Source: Chloroflexota bacterium (lineage in GTDB: Bacteria; Chloroflexota; UBA11872; VXOZ01). Taken from it: a stretch of 64,000 nt of DNA. Position 1 is the first letter of the stretch, and every line of letters begins with the position of its first letter. The notes beneath the pieces are model-generated. The model had not been told where the DNA came from. It saw only the letters and a program-made list of their open reading frames with translations, and did no database searches. The position numbers were made by a program, and so were the translations under genes. Below are positions 19,281 to 28,553 of the stretch, in pieces. Where the stretch lies: the NCBI GenBank assembly GCA_965221905.1, contig OZ244922.1, forward strand, positions 1,056,001 to 1,120,000, written 5' to 3'.

Positions 19281-19573
19281 TCATGGGAACAGCTTTAGCG
19301 CAGCCACCACCAAGCCGCCAACCGCCACGGCAAGCGCGCCAAGTTGAGACACGGTCTGGCGCAGTTGGCGCTCCAACACTGCCGTCATGCGCAGTTCCAG
19401 GTCGCTCAGGTCGGCTTTGGTTGCCATGACTTCACGCAAGGCGTTTATGTCGGCTTTGGTCGCCAACGCGGCGTATCCTTCTCCCACCACGTCTATCAGG
19501 CTTCTGCTTGAGTCTCGCTAAATCCCGCGCCCGTGAGCGTCTTTACCGCCTTGTGGGTGTCAAACACTGCCAT
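19281..19573 (-). pseudogene. DUF1640/CCDC90-like coiled-coil protein, frameshifted
   Basis: AAGGAG RBS then MAVFDTHKAVKTLTGAGFSETQAEA-stop; the protein continues LIDVVGEG..LATKADI..ATKADL in another frame (gcc ctg read as gcc tga, about 19499). Confidence 0.85.
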
Positions 19574-19739
19574 GAATAGACTCCTTAACTCGCGGTCTGA
19601 TTCCCCAATGCTCCGTGCGCTATTTGGCGGAGCAACCAGCACTTGGGTCGCACCTTTATGATGGTAGTTTTTTCTTCGTTTACCGAAACAATCGGTTATT
19701 CCAGCGCCATCTGGCTTCTCTTGCTATAAGATACCATGC

Positions 19740-20366
19740 CTACTCCGACGGCAGGGCGTCTTTGGAAAGCACGTCCTTCGTGCCGGCCTGGTGGTTGGCG
19801 AGGCGGGCGAGGGTGAAGAGCAAGTCGGAGAGACGGTTGAGGTAGATCAGAATTGGTTTGGAGAGTGGCTCTTCTTGCGCGAGGGCAACCGCGATCCGTT
19901 CGGTGCGGCGGATGACGGCGCGGGCGAAATGGAGCGCGGCGGAGGCATGGGTGCCGCCGGGGAGGACGAAATCCGTGAGGGGAGCGAGTTCTGAGTCTGC
20001 CGCGTCGATGGCTGCCTCTAGTGTCGCGGCATGTTCGGGCGTGATGCGTGGAATGGTATAGGCCCGTGGCTCGTGCGGCGTGGCGACGTCTGCGCCCATG
20101 ATGAAGAGTTCGCTTTGGATACGCTGGACTAGTGCCGCGAGGGCGGATGCGTCATTCTGAGCCGGGGAGCCCGTGCTGCTTATTACAGGACTGCTGGCTG
20201 CACTTGCCGTCTCTTCATCCCGCAGGTGGACGACTGCCATGCCCAGCGCGGCGCTGAGCTCGTCGATGGTGCCGATCAGTTCCATGCGAAGGGCGTGTTT
20301 GGCAATCCGCTCGCCGCCAAAGAGCGACGTGGTGCCGTCGTCACCGCCGCCGGTGTAGATGGGCAT
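19740..20366 (-). CDS. ATP:cob(I)alamin adenosyltransferase, PduO type
   Basis: IYTGGGDDGTT, GTIDEL, FVLPGG, ARAVIRRTER and YLNRLSDLLF motifs. Confidence 0.93.
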   Translation of the reverse strand: MPIYTGGGDDGTTSLFGGERIAKHALRMELIGTIDELSAALGMAVVHLRDEETASAASSPVISSTGSPAQNDASALAALVQRIQSELFIMGADVATPHEPRAYTIPRITPEHAATLEAAIDAADSELAPLTDFVLPGGTHASAALHFARAVIRRTERIAVALAQEEPLSKPILIYLNRLSDLLFTLARLANHQAGTKDVLSKDALPSE

Positions 20367-20423
20367 GAGGTTTTGTGTCCTCCCGAATTGAAGAATGCTG
20401 ATTTACAAGGGTTGATGGGAGCG

Positions 20424-20477
20424 GCTTTCCCGTTCGTGCGGAGCTTGACGATGGGTCGAAGAACGAATGGGAAAAGC
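20424..20477. repeat. Family A variant palindrome
   Basis: gctttcccgttcgtgcggagcttgacgatgggtcgaagaacgaatgggaaaagc. Confidence 0.65.
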
Positions 20478-20570
20478 GTGCTGAAATCGAGAGGGGCTCT
20501 CCGATGCAATCCGTTTTTCGACAGGTCCAAGACAAACAGACTTGTGCGTTGCGAGGATTTTGCTCCTGCG

Positions 20571-20978
20571 CCGTTTACCCTTCGACAGGCTCAGGGCGAA
20601 CGGCTTGCAACCTGCCAAGGCCCTTTCTTGCACAGCTCGCCCTTCGGCTAGGCTCAGGGCGAACGGCTTGCATCCTGCCAGGGCTCTTTCTTGCACCGCT
20701 CGCCCTTCGGCTAGGCTCAGGGGGAACGGCAGTGCTTTGCAGAGAGCTTGCTCCAGCGCTGTTCACCCTTCGACAGGCTCAGGGCGAACGGCTTGCATTC
20801 TGCCAAGGCCCTTTCTTGCACCGCTCGCCCTTCGGCTAGGCTCAGGGGAACGGCAGTGCTTTGCAGAGAGCTTGCTCCAGCGCTGTTCACCCTTCGACAG
20901 GCTCAGGGCGAACGGCATGCAACCTGCCAGGGCCCTTACTTGCACCGCTAACTCTTTGGCTAGGCTCAGGGCGAACGG
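20571..20978 (+). repeat. Tandem array of seven family A palindromes (33-34 bp) with 29-bp linkers of two recurring types (BIME-like)
   Basis: Units start at 20571, 20633, 20696, 20759, 20821, 20883 and 20945; linkers are cttgcaNNctgcca.ggc.ctttcttgca or cagtgctttgcagagagcttgctccagcg. Confidence 0.92.
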
Positions 20979-21062
20979 TCATGTGCTGTAGACAAAGAGG
21001 TTCTCTCGCTTCGCCAAACAGAACTGTTAAGCTTCGTGCGATGGGGTTGCTTGAATGCCCCG

Positions 21063-21980
21063 TTACTCCGATGCTGCCGTGCGCAGCATGTCGCGCATGC
21101 GTTGCACTAAGGCCAGTCCCTCGTCCCACGGTCGTTGGAAGCAGTTGCGTCCGAAGATGAAGCCGGTAGCACCTGACTGCACAGCGAGGCGGGCCTTTTC
21201 CAAGGCTTCCTCGTCGCTGGCGCGTTCGCTGCCTGAGACCAGTACCAGAGTTCTGCCTGCCGACTGCACCGCCTTGGCGAGCGCCTCGTCGGGCGTGACT
21301 TTCATGGTGTTGTAGGGCGCGGGCGAGAGCTTGTCCTTTTCAGGATCGATCTTGGGCACGTTGATCTTTACCACGTCGGCCCCAAGTTCGCAGGCTACGC
21401 GCGCGGCGTAGTCGATGGCGTAGAAGCTGTCGCGGCCGCCTTTGGCCTCCATGTGCTTGCCACGGGGGTACGCCCACATGATCGTGGGCATGCCGAAACG
21501 GTCGGCGTCTTGGCGCACCTGCCGCCACTGGGCAAAGTCCTCATCCTGGCGCGACGATCCCATGTACAGCGTGTAGCCGATGGCGTCGGCGCCCAGGCGC
21601 ACGGCGTCCTCGACTGTGGCGTTGAGCGGATTGAGCGGATCGTCATCCGGCGGAATGTTGGTCTTGCCGTTGAGTTTCAATACCAGCGGCATCCGGCCGG
21701 CGTATGGGCGCATGTGCTTTAGGGCGGTGCCGTATTGCAGGGCCACACCCGAAAACCCACCCTCCAGCGCCAGCCGCCAGATGTAGTCGGGATCGAGCGC
21801 GTCGGGATTATCGAAGAAGTCCGCCGGGCCATGTTCCATGCCGTGGTCTACGGGCAAGAGCATCATAGTGCCGTTACCGGGACCGTAGCCGTAAAGCAAG
21901 CGCTGCAAGCGCACGTGCTTCCCCGGACTTAACTCTAGATCGTCTAGCGTGGTCCGACGGTTTTTCATAGCACCCGCCAT
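21063..21980 (-). CDS. fbaB: Class I fructose-bisphosphate aldolase (DhnA/FbaB family)
   Basis: LPVDHGMEHGP, LKLNG, DAVRLGADAIG, WAYPRG, ELGADVVK (Schiff-base Lys) and IFGRN motifs. Confidence 0.9.
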   Translation of the reverse strand: MAGAMKNRRTTLDDLELSPGKHVRLQRLLYGYGPGNGTMMLLPVDHGMEHGPADFFDNPDALDPDYIWRLALEGGFSGVALQYGTALKHMRPYAGRMPLVLKLNGKTNIPPDDDPLNPLNATVEDAVRLGADAIGYTLYMGSSRQDEDFAQWRQVRQDADRFGMPTIMWAYPRGKHMEAKGGRDSFYAIDYAARVACELGADVVKINVPKIDPEKDKLSPAPYNTMKVTPDEALAKAVQSAGRTLVLVSGSERASDEEALEKARLAVQSGATGFIFGRNCFQRPWDEGLALVQRMRDMLRTAASE

Positions 21981-22188
21981 GGTAGCCCCCTTAAGTCGTT
22001 GCGGTGAAGGCTATTCAAGATAACTGATTACCTGTTGCGCAAGAGTAACATGATTACACCGCTCTTCGTGTGCGGCCCTTGGAGATTTCACCGCTATTGC
22101 TACCAGTTGCAGGATGTGGCTGCGGCAATTTCCGGCCGGCATTATCCATTCAACCCCGTGCGCAGCGCTAAACGATCTTGGGGAGCAG

Positions 22189-22617
22189 TCAAGCGCCGAG
22201 GAACGGTAGATGTTTCAATCGATGGTACCTCAGAGCAAGCGAAATGCAGTGCTTCAACGCGTCTACTGGCAGCTCGTCGGTTTCGCGAAATACGATGGCC
22301 CTATTCCCCTCGAACGTGAAGAAGTCCGTGTAGAGCGCCTTGAACGTATCAACCAACGAAGTGTTGCAGTTGAAGTACAGCGCGTACTGGTGCGGTGACT
22401 TCTGCTTCCAGTCCATTCTGATCGTGCTGCCGCTTTTGGTGAGGTAGCTTGGCTCTCCCCACTTTAGGGTTTCTTCCACGGCAGCAACGCCCTCTGTTTC
22501 TGCTGCCGCTTCGAAGACGATCTGCCTAAGCCGCAGCATCTTCGTGCGCATAAGCTCCGGGTAACTGTCGAATACTTGCGCTACATTAGGGTTCTCGATA
22601 CTGTCCATGCCCGACAT
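22189..22617 (-). CDS. DUF1801 domain protein
   Basis: EETLKWGEPSY, GSTIRMDWK, YFNCNTSLV, FEGNRAI and ALRYH motifs; GAGGA RBS. Confidence 0.8.
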   Translation of the reverse strand: MSGMDSIENPNVAQVFDSYPELMRTKMLRLRQIVFEAAAETEGVAAVEETLKWGEPSYLTKSGSTIRMDWKQKSPHQYALYFNCNTSLVDTFKALYTDFFTFEGNRAIVFRETDELPVDALKHCISLALRYHRLKHLPFLGA

Positions 22618-22717
22618 CGCTGTCCTCATACGCATCCCGCATCCTGCTTTCACTCATGCGGAGTGAGAACTAAGATGCCGTACCCTCCGGCTATGAAGGA
22701 ATGGCCGTCACAGACTC

Positions 22718-23569
22718 TTAGAGAGTTGTGGGTTGCTTCACTGCTGCTTCCAGCCGCGCTAGAGACTCCGGGGGCACGTTAATAGCGCCTAGTTCCGCTT
22801 GGGATAGGATGCCGCCGCCGTGAAAGTCGCTGCCGCCGGTGGGAATCAAGTTTAATCGCTCTGCGATGCCTAGAATTTCCGCCTGTTGATCCGCCGTGTA
22901 GCCGGTGTAGTAGGTTTCGATGGCGTCGAGGCCGGCGTCCGCAAGCTCGGGGACTAGCGCATCCAGGTCCACTTGATCTGCGCCTTCCACGTTGTAAGGG
23001 TGCGCAAGCCCGGCCGCGGCCCCGGCCCGGTGCAGCAAGGCTACGGCTTCACCCGGCGCGAGCTTTGGCTGGTCCACGTAGGCCGGCATGCCGTGTCCGA
23101 GGAATTTGTCAAAGGCTTCGTTCGAATTGCGCACGTAGCCTTGGGCGATCATGGCCTTGGCAATATGGGGGCGTCCCACCGCTCCGCCGTCTGCGCGCTG
23201 CAGGATGCCTTCCCAATCAAGCGGCATGTTGAGCGCGGCCAGCTTCTCTACCATCCGCTGTGCGCGATAGAGTCTGCCGTCCCGCTGCCGCGCAATTACT
23301 GCCTGCAACTCCGGGTGCTCTGTGTCCACGAAATAGCCCAGGATATGTACGGATTGGCCGTGCCACATAGTGTTGAACTCGATGCCGGCGATAATGCGCA
23401 CGCCGTATTCCTGTCCGGCCTCCTGCGCAGCAGCGACGCCGTCGGTGCTGTCGTGGTCGGTGATGGCAATGCAGTCAAGTCCCGCCTCGCACGCCATGTG
23501 CACGAGATCGGCAGGGGCAAACGCGCCGTCTGAGGCCGTGGTGTGCAGATGTAGATCGATGCCGGGCAT
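22718..23569 (-). CDS. PHP-domain metal-dependent phosphoesterase (TrpH/YciV-like)
   Basis: DLHLHTTASDG, ITDHD, GIEF, HILGY, GRPHIA, LAHP and GGSDFHG motifs. Confidence 0.93.
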   Translation of the reverse strand: MPGIDLHLHTTASDGAFAPADLVHMACEAGLDCIAITDHDSTDGVAAAQEAGQEYGVRIIAGIEFNTMWHGQSVHILGYFVDTEHPELQAVIARQRDGRLYRAQRMVEKLAALNMPLDWEGILQRADGGAVGRPHIAKAMIAQGYVRNSNEAFDKFLGHGMPAYVDQPKLAPGEAVALLHRAGAAAGLAHPYNVEGADQVDLDALVPELADAGLDAIETYYTGYTADQQAEILGIAERLNLIPTGGSDFHGGGILSQAELGAINVPPESLARLEAAVKQPTTL

Positions 23570-23635
23570 TTGAGATATCTGTTTCGTCGGATTGCTGCGA
23601 TGTTGTTGAATTTGGCCGCTAAGCCCCGCCGTCCC

Positions 23636-23641
23636 TATAAT
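23636..23641 (+). promoter_or_regulatory. Putative sigma-70 -10 element
   Basis: TATAAT 37 nt upstream of ATG 23678. Confidence 0.35.
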
Positions 23642-23677
23642 ACACTACGGCCTGCGCCGTGAAGACGTGAAACTGAA

Positions 23678-23965
23678 ATGCAAGGATACCGCGGAATGAA
23701 GACATTCTGGGAGACACGCTACGCGACAGAGGGCGCTATTTGGGGCCAACAGCCAAGCAAGACCGTGGAACGAGCCCACACGCAGTTTCGGCAATGCGGC
23801 ATCCAAGCCCTTCTCATCCCCGGATGCGGCTATGGGAGCAACGTCCGACTCTTTACGGATAATGGGTATGACGTGACGGGCATTGAGATCTCCGAGACCG
23901 CCCTTGCTCTCGCACAGGCGCGAAAACTCTTCGCGCGCACGTCTTCAACCAAGGCTGAGAGCTAG
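23678..23965 (+). pseudogene. Class I SAM-dependent methyltransferase, 3'-truncated
   Basis: FWETRY...IWG..PS, LLIPGCGYG (motif I) and VTGIEIS..AL (motif II); ends after about 95 aa at the convergent gene. Confidence 0.75.
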
Positions 23966-24732
23966 TCGAGTCGGACGGGAACGCCTGCGAGGAGGCCGGC
24001 CTTGTGCATGGATACCCACTCGCCCATGAACGTCTCGTTCCAGGTGTCGGTGAGGGGGTGCTCCATCATCTCTTGGAAGATGGGCCAGAAGATGATGATG
24101 CCGTCGGCGCCGTCGCGAAGGGCGGCGTAGGCGGTCTCTACGCTCCTGACGAGGGCGGCGGTGACGTAGGGGCGGTTTTCCCAGCCCGCGAACATCTGCA
24201 CGCACTCGCGGACGAGCTTGGTCGGGTCGCCGCCCATCTGCTTCACCGGCTCGCAGAAGGGGAGGATATGGGTAGCGCCCGCCTGGGCAACGGCGGCAGC
24301 CTGGGGCAGTGAGAATACGGTCGTGCAATAGGTCTCGATGCCTTCCTCCGCCAAGCGCCGGAAGGCCCCAAGCCCGTTTACGGTGCAGGGAATCTTGATG
24401 ATGATCCGGTCGGACATCCGCGTGAAGAAGTGGCTGACGTCGAGCAACTCATCCGTTGAGTTGCCGTCGACCTCGACTACCACGGGCTTGTCGGTGATGT
24501 CGAGGTAGCGCTGGACGACGTCCTTGATCTGACCGTATTTCTTCACCATGTCATTGAGGATGACTGTGTTTGTGACGATGCCGGCGGCGCCGCGGTCCAT
24601 CCAGTGCTTAAGGTCTGCGGGGTCCCCTGCCAGCCAAATGGCGGGGCCTCTGCCGACGCGCCGGGCTTGCATCACGGGGCCGGTTACTACCGGTTCCACA
24701 CCGTTCGTGCTGATGTTGGTCTCGGTTGCCAT
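23962..24732 (-). CDS. Divergent transaldolase/fructose-6-phosphate aldolase family protein
   Basis: GIVTN, VVEV, IIIKIPCT (Schiff-base Lys) and TTVFS.PQA motifs; GGAGG RBS before ATG 24732. Confidence 0.85.
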   Translation of the reverse strand: MATETNISTNGVEPVVTGPVMQARRVGRGPAIWLAGDPADLKHWMDRGAAGIVTNTVILNDMVKKYGQIKDVVQRYLDITDKPVVVEVDGNSTDELLDVSHFFTRMSDRIIIKIPCTVNGLGAFRRLAEEGIETYCTTVFSLPQAAAVAQAGATHILPFCEPVKQMGGDPTKLVRECVQMFAGWENRPYVTAALVRSVETAYAALRDGADGIIIFWPIFQEMMEHPLTDTWNETFMGEWVSMHKAGLLAGVPVRLD

Positions 24733-24908
24733 GCTGCGCCTCCAGGGTGTCGTCTTGCGGTTGCAATCGGATTTCCCAAAGTATGACACATGTGGATTTA
24801 GCCGAATTTCTTCACATGGTGCCAGCTACGTCTTCCAAGCAGCCTTAAACCAGTGCGCTCTCAACCCACCACATACTGAGTCAACGGATGGATCACTCAG
24901 TTCTTAGG

Positions 24909-25925
24909 CTACAGCCCTAGCATCTCTCGGAGCACCGGCGCGATGTGGGTGGCTATGCGGGTCATACCTGTGTCGTTGGGATGTACGCCGTCTGGAGTGA
25001 GGGATGTGTCGTTGGGGCCGATGATGGTGGTGCCGTCAATGAGGCGGATTTGCGAGTCGCCGGCGGCGCGTAGTTTCGCAACGACCTCGTGTTCTGCTTC
25101 TCGGAGCGCAGCCACGGTGACGCCCCGCGCATCGGGCGTGGTGTCGGTAAAGTCGCCGTGGCAACTGAGGATGCTCATAACCAGAATCGGCGTGGTCGGA
25201 TGCCCGGCCCGGACGAGCTCGATGAAGTTGCGGAAGGTCTCGCGCCAGGCGGGGGCATCGAGCCAGGGCGAGACGCGCAGGTTCACGCCCATGAGGATGC
25301 TCAGCACGTCAAAACGCATCGCCGCCAGCGATTTTGCTACGCCGGGCTCACCGCGCGCCCAGCCCCGGAAGCCAAGATTGAGGGGATCCACTCCCGCCAG
25401 GCGTGCCGCCTGCGCCACGTACGTTAGTCCCGGGTCGGTCGCCGTCCGGCCTTGCGTGATGGAATCGCCGTAGGCGGCCCAGACGTGCGGCGCGGGATCA
25501 ACGCGTGAGAGGGTGTGACCGTCCGGTACGCCGAGCGCAATCGGCTCTAGACGCGTGACGTACGGCAGGTAGAGCGTGACCGTCTGCGCGCCGTCTGCCG
25601 GCAGCGCGAATTCGACGCGAATCTCGCCCTCTGGATTGCGTTGGTTGCTGCTGGCGACGCGTTTGTCGTGCATCCACACACTGACCACGGCCTCTTCTTC
25701 AGGCTCATGTCCGGGGTCCCAAGCGCGGAACGTGATCTGCGTGGCGGAGGTAGAGAAGACCAGGCGGACGCCAGCGGTGGAGAGCGCATGCTGCCACGCG
25801 CCCACGGGGTAAGTTAAGGTTTCCGCCGGATCGAGACGCGTAGTCTGTAACCGTCCGTCGGCTATCTGGGCAAAGGGCGCGCCGCGCAGCAAAGGGAGCA
25901 ATTCTTCACCGGAATACCAGCGCAT
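24909..25925 (-). CDS. SGNH/GDSL hydrolase
   Basis: YGDSITQG, NLGFRG, MGVN and DGVHP motifs. Confidence 0.9.
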   Translation of the reverse strand: MRWYSGEELLPLLRGAPFAQIADGRLQTTRLDPAETLTYPVGAWQHALSTAGVRLVFSTSATQITFRAWDPGHEPEEEAVVSVWMHDKRVASSNQRNPEGEIRVEFALPADGAQTVTLYLPYVTRLEPIALGVPDGHTLSRVDPAPHVWAAYGDSITQGRTATDPGLTYVAQAARLAGVDPLNLGFRGWARGEPGVAKSLAAMRFDVLSILMGVNLRVSPWLDAPAWRETFRNFIELVRAGHPTTPILVMSILSCHGDFTDTTPDARGVTVAALREAEHEVVAKLRAAGDSQIRLIDGTTIIGPNDTSLTPDGVHPNDTGMTRIATHIAPVLREMLGL

Positions 25926-26037
25926 GGGGAAAAGTCCTCCTGGTGGCGCGTGGTGCGAATGTCACTTTAGACCTTAGTCACAAATGTCCTTGGGAATCTT
26001 TGGCATGTCGAATGGATTGGGATGGATTACAAAGAAT

Positions 26038-26071
26038 CCCCTCACTCGTACCCTCTCCCCGAGGAGAGGGT
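26038..26071. repeat. Family D palindrome (CCCTCACCC..CCCTCTCCC...GGGAGAGGG)
   Basis: ccctcactcgtaccctctccccgaggagagggt, downstream of argJ. Confidence 0.65.
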
Positions 26072-26087
26072 TCTCTCTTGCGCGCCT

Positions 26088-27310
26088 TTATGTACGGTAG
26101 TCGCTGTTGAAGATGACGTATTCGGTGGTGAGGTCGCAGCCCCAGGCGGTGGCGGTGGCGTCGCCGTCGGCCAGGTCGAGTATAAACATCGCTTCCTTCT
26201 TGTCCAGCAACGTGGAGGCGGTGTCCTCGTCGAAGTCGGTGGGCGTACCGTTGCGGAAGAGGAGGATGTCCTCCAACCAGAGCGATGCAATGTTTGGATC
26301 GAATTCCACGCCGCTGTAGCCCGCCGCGCACATGATACGGCCCCAGTTCGGGTCGGAGCCGAGAAAGGCGGTCTTCACCAAGCTGGAACTCGCCACACTG
26401 CGGCCGATGATGCGGGCGGCTTCTACCGTGGCCGCGCCGCGCACTTCCACACCGAAGATCTTCGTGGCGCCTTCAGCATTGCGCACGATTCCTTTTGCCA
26501 AGCACAGCGCAACCGCGCGTAATGCGCTCTCAAAGGCTGCGCCGGCCGCGCCGCCGTCGATTTCCGGTCCCCCTGCGGCGCCGTTTGCCAGCGCCAGCAC
26601 CGTATCGTTGGTCGAAGTATCGCCGTCCACGCTAATCATGTGGAAAGAATCATCTACGGCTCGCTTCAGCGCCGCTTGCAGAAAGTTCCTTGCGACCGGG
26701 GCGTCTGTGGTGAGGTAAGCGAGCATAGTGGCCATGTTGGGATGAATCATGGCGGCGCCCTTGCACATGCCGCCCACTGCGTAGGTGATGCCGTTGGCTT
26801 CGAACTGGGCCGCGGCTTCCTTGGGCCACTCATCGGTGGTCAGCATGGCCGTTGCCGCTTCGAGGTGGCGCTCTTTGACCGGCGCAAGCCGGCTGATACC
26901 GTCCCGGACAATTTCCATGGGCAGTTGGCGACCGATCACGCCGGTGGAGCAAACGAGTATTTCTTCGGCTTCCACCCCAATCCGCGCTGCCAGCAGTGCT
27001 GTCATTTCCAGAGCGTTTGCCATGCCTTGGTCGCCGGTGCAGGCGTTGGCATTGCCGCTGCAGTAGACGACGCCGCGAGTCACGCCGCGATGCATGCGTT
27101 CTTGGTCGACGAGCACGGGTGCGGCTTTGACCTGATTCTTGGTGAAGACACCGGCGACGGTCGCGGGCAGTTCCGATACCAGACAGCCCACGTCGCGCTT
27201 TTCAACCGTCGCATCGTACTCTTTGATGCGCAAAACACACCGTCTGCAAGAAACCCGGCCGGGCGTGTTGCGCCCCCGGCAACCAGTCCTTCCGCGAGAT
27301 CTTCTGTCAT
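26088..27310 (-). CDS. argJ: Bifunctional ornithine acetyltransferase / N-acetylglutamate synthase, with an apparent 1-nt frameshift near 27230
   Basis: AGVFTKN, SGNANACTG, STGVIG, KGAAMIHPNMATML, VDGDTSTND, DPNWGR and WGCDLT motifs; the canonical N-terminus MTEDLAEGLVAGGATRPAGFLADGVFC lies in a different frame. Confidence 0.93.
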
Positions 27311-27395
27311 TAAACTCTTTCCTCAATTAAGTTGTGGTTGAGCGCTCATCCGTCCGTGCGGGCTATACGCAACACCCAACTGCCATCTTTGCGAG

Positions 27396-27475
27396 AGTTC
27401 CTCCCGCTTACGGGCAGTTCCTCCCGCTTACGGGCAGTTCCTCCCGCTTACGGGCAGTGCTTCCCGCTTGCGGGC
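27396..27475. repeat. 20-bp VNTR (3 perfect + 1 degenerate copies), each with a small hairpin
   Basis: agttcctcccgcttacgggc x3, then agtgcttcccgcttgcgggc. Confidence 0.92.
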
Positions 27476-27638
27476 ACAGCTCCCGTGCGAGGCATTGGGC
27501 GGCTAGCGGCAACGGAAAAGGGTAGGCGCAAACTGCTTGCTGCGAATTCCTCTATGATGATACACGAGACCGCTACGGGCTGCGCAGTCGTAGCAGCAAA
27601 TTGCGTGAAGTGCGCGGGTTAGAGGGCAGCCAGGGGTA

Positions 27639-28400
27639 TCAAGCGGGCGTGACTTGGAGAAAATCGGCTAGCATCTCGCGCGCGTTTTCTCTAATTGGCG
27701 GGAAGTGACTAAAGCAAATGGTGGTAAAGTCCACGTCGAGGAGTTTGGCGAGCGATGCTCGGGCCAATTCAGGGTCTCGTGTAAAGAGCCATGAGGATGC
27801 CTGCATCTTGCGAAACCGGAACTGCAGCGCATCGCCGACGATGAGAACTTTCGACGATTCAACAAACAGGCAGATGCTTCCCGGGGTGTGGCCGGGCGTG
27901 TGGATGACGCGGACCTGCTTGACTGACGGCAAATAGTCGCCGTCTTCCAGAGGATATTGCACCTCTACCGGAGGACTATTGATAAAAGAGACCGCAGAAG
28001 GCACTTGTGGGAATGCTAGGCGTCGTAGAAAGCTTGGCGCAGGTTCGTCGCCGCAAATAATTCCGACTTCGGTTCGGTGGATCGCCACTGGCGCGCCTGT
28101 CGCCTCAGCTAGCTCCGCCAGCCCGCCGGCATGATCGGGGTGACTGTGAGTCAATGCAATGAGCCGTACCTGCTCCAGCGCGATGCCGAGCGCTCTCAAA
28201 CCCGCTTTGACAGGTTGCAGGCTTCCCCGACTGCCTACGTCAACCAGTACAACTCCGTCATCCGCTTGCAGTACGGAAACACGCGCTCCCAGCGAGCGCA
28301 CTTGATGCATGCCGGGGGCGATTGCGAAAGGTCCTAATATTGGGATGTCCCGCACCACTTGCATGCACTCCAATAGCGTTTTGGCACATACGCACTCCAA
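27639..28400 (-). CDS. MBL-fold metallo-hydrolase
   Basis: VLVDVG, THSHPDHAGG, HTPGHT, GD and SH motifs; start uncertain (probably downstream). Confidence 0.9.
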   Translation of the reverse strand: MECVCAKTLLECMQVVRDIPILGPFAIAPGMHQVRSLGARVSVLQADDGVVLVDVGSRGSLQPVKAGLRALGIALEQVRLIALTHSHPDHAGGLAELAEATGAPVAIHRTEVGIICGDEPAPSFLRRLAFPQVPSAVSFINSPPVEVQYPLEDGDYLPSVKQVRVIHTPGHTPGSICLFVESSKVLIVGDALQFRFRKMQASSWLFTRDPELARASLAKLLDVDFTTICFSHFPPIRENAREMLADFLQVTPA

Positions 28401-28553
28401 GGTCGGGCACCACGTGACGCCTAGAAGTCGTAACAGGTTATTCTAACTTCACGGTACCATAGTGCGGTCGAGTTTTCAGAAACCGAAGCACTGCGTATAA
28501 TACGCCGTAGAATACGCATAATCTCTACCCTATAAAGACTCAAGGAGAGCGGC

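Noticed and set aside
20571-20978. CRISPR array
   Set aside because: The spacers are copies of two sequences, the repeat is a dispersed REP-like family found throughout the window, and there is no cas gene or leader.
20276-21160. Cluster of short ORFs with PFDRLRANG / PFALSLSKG peptides
   Set aside because: These are translations of the palindromic repeat array in several frames.
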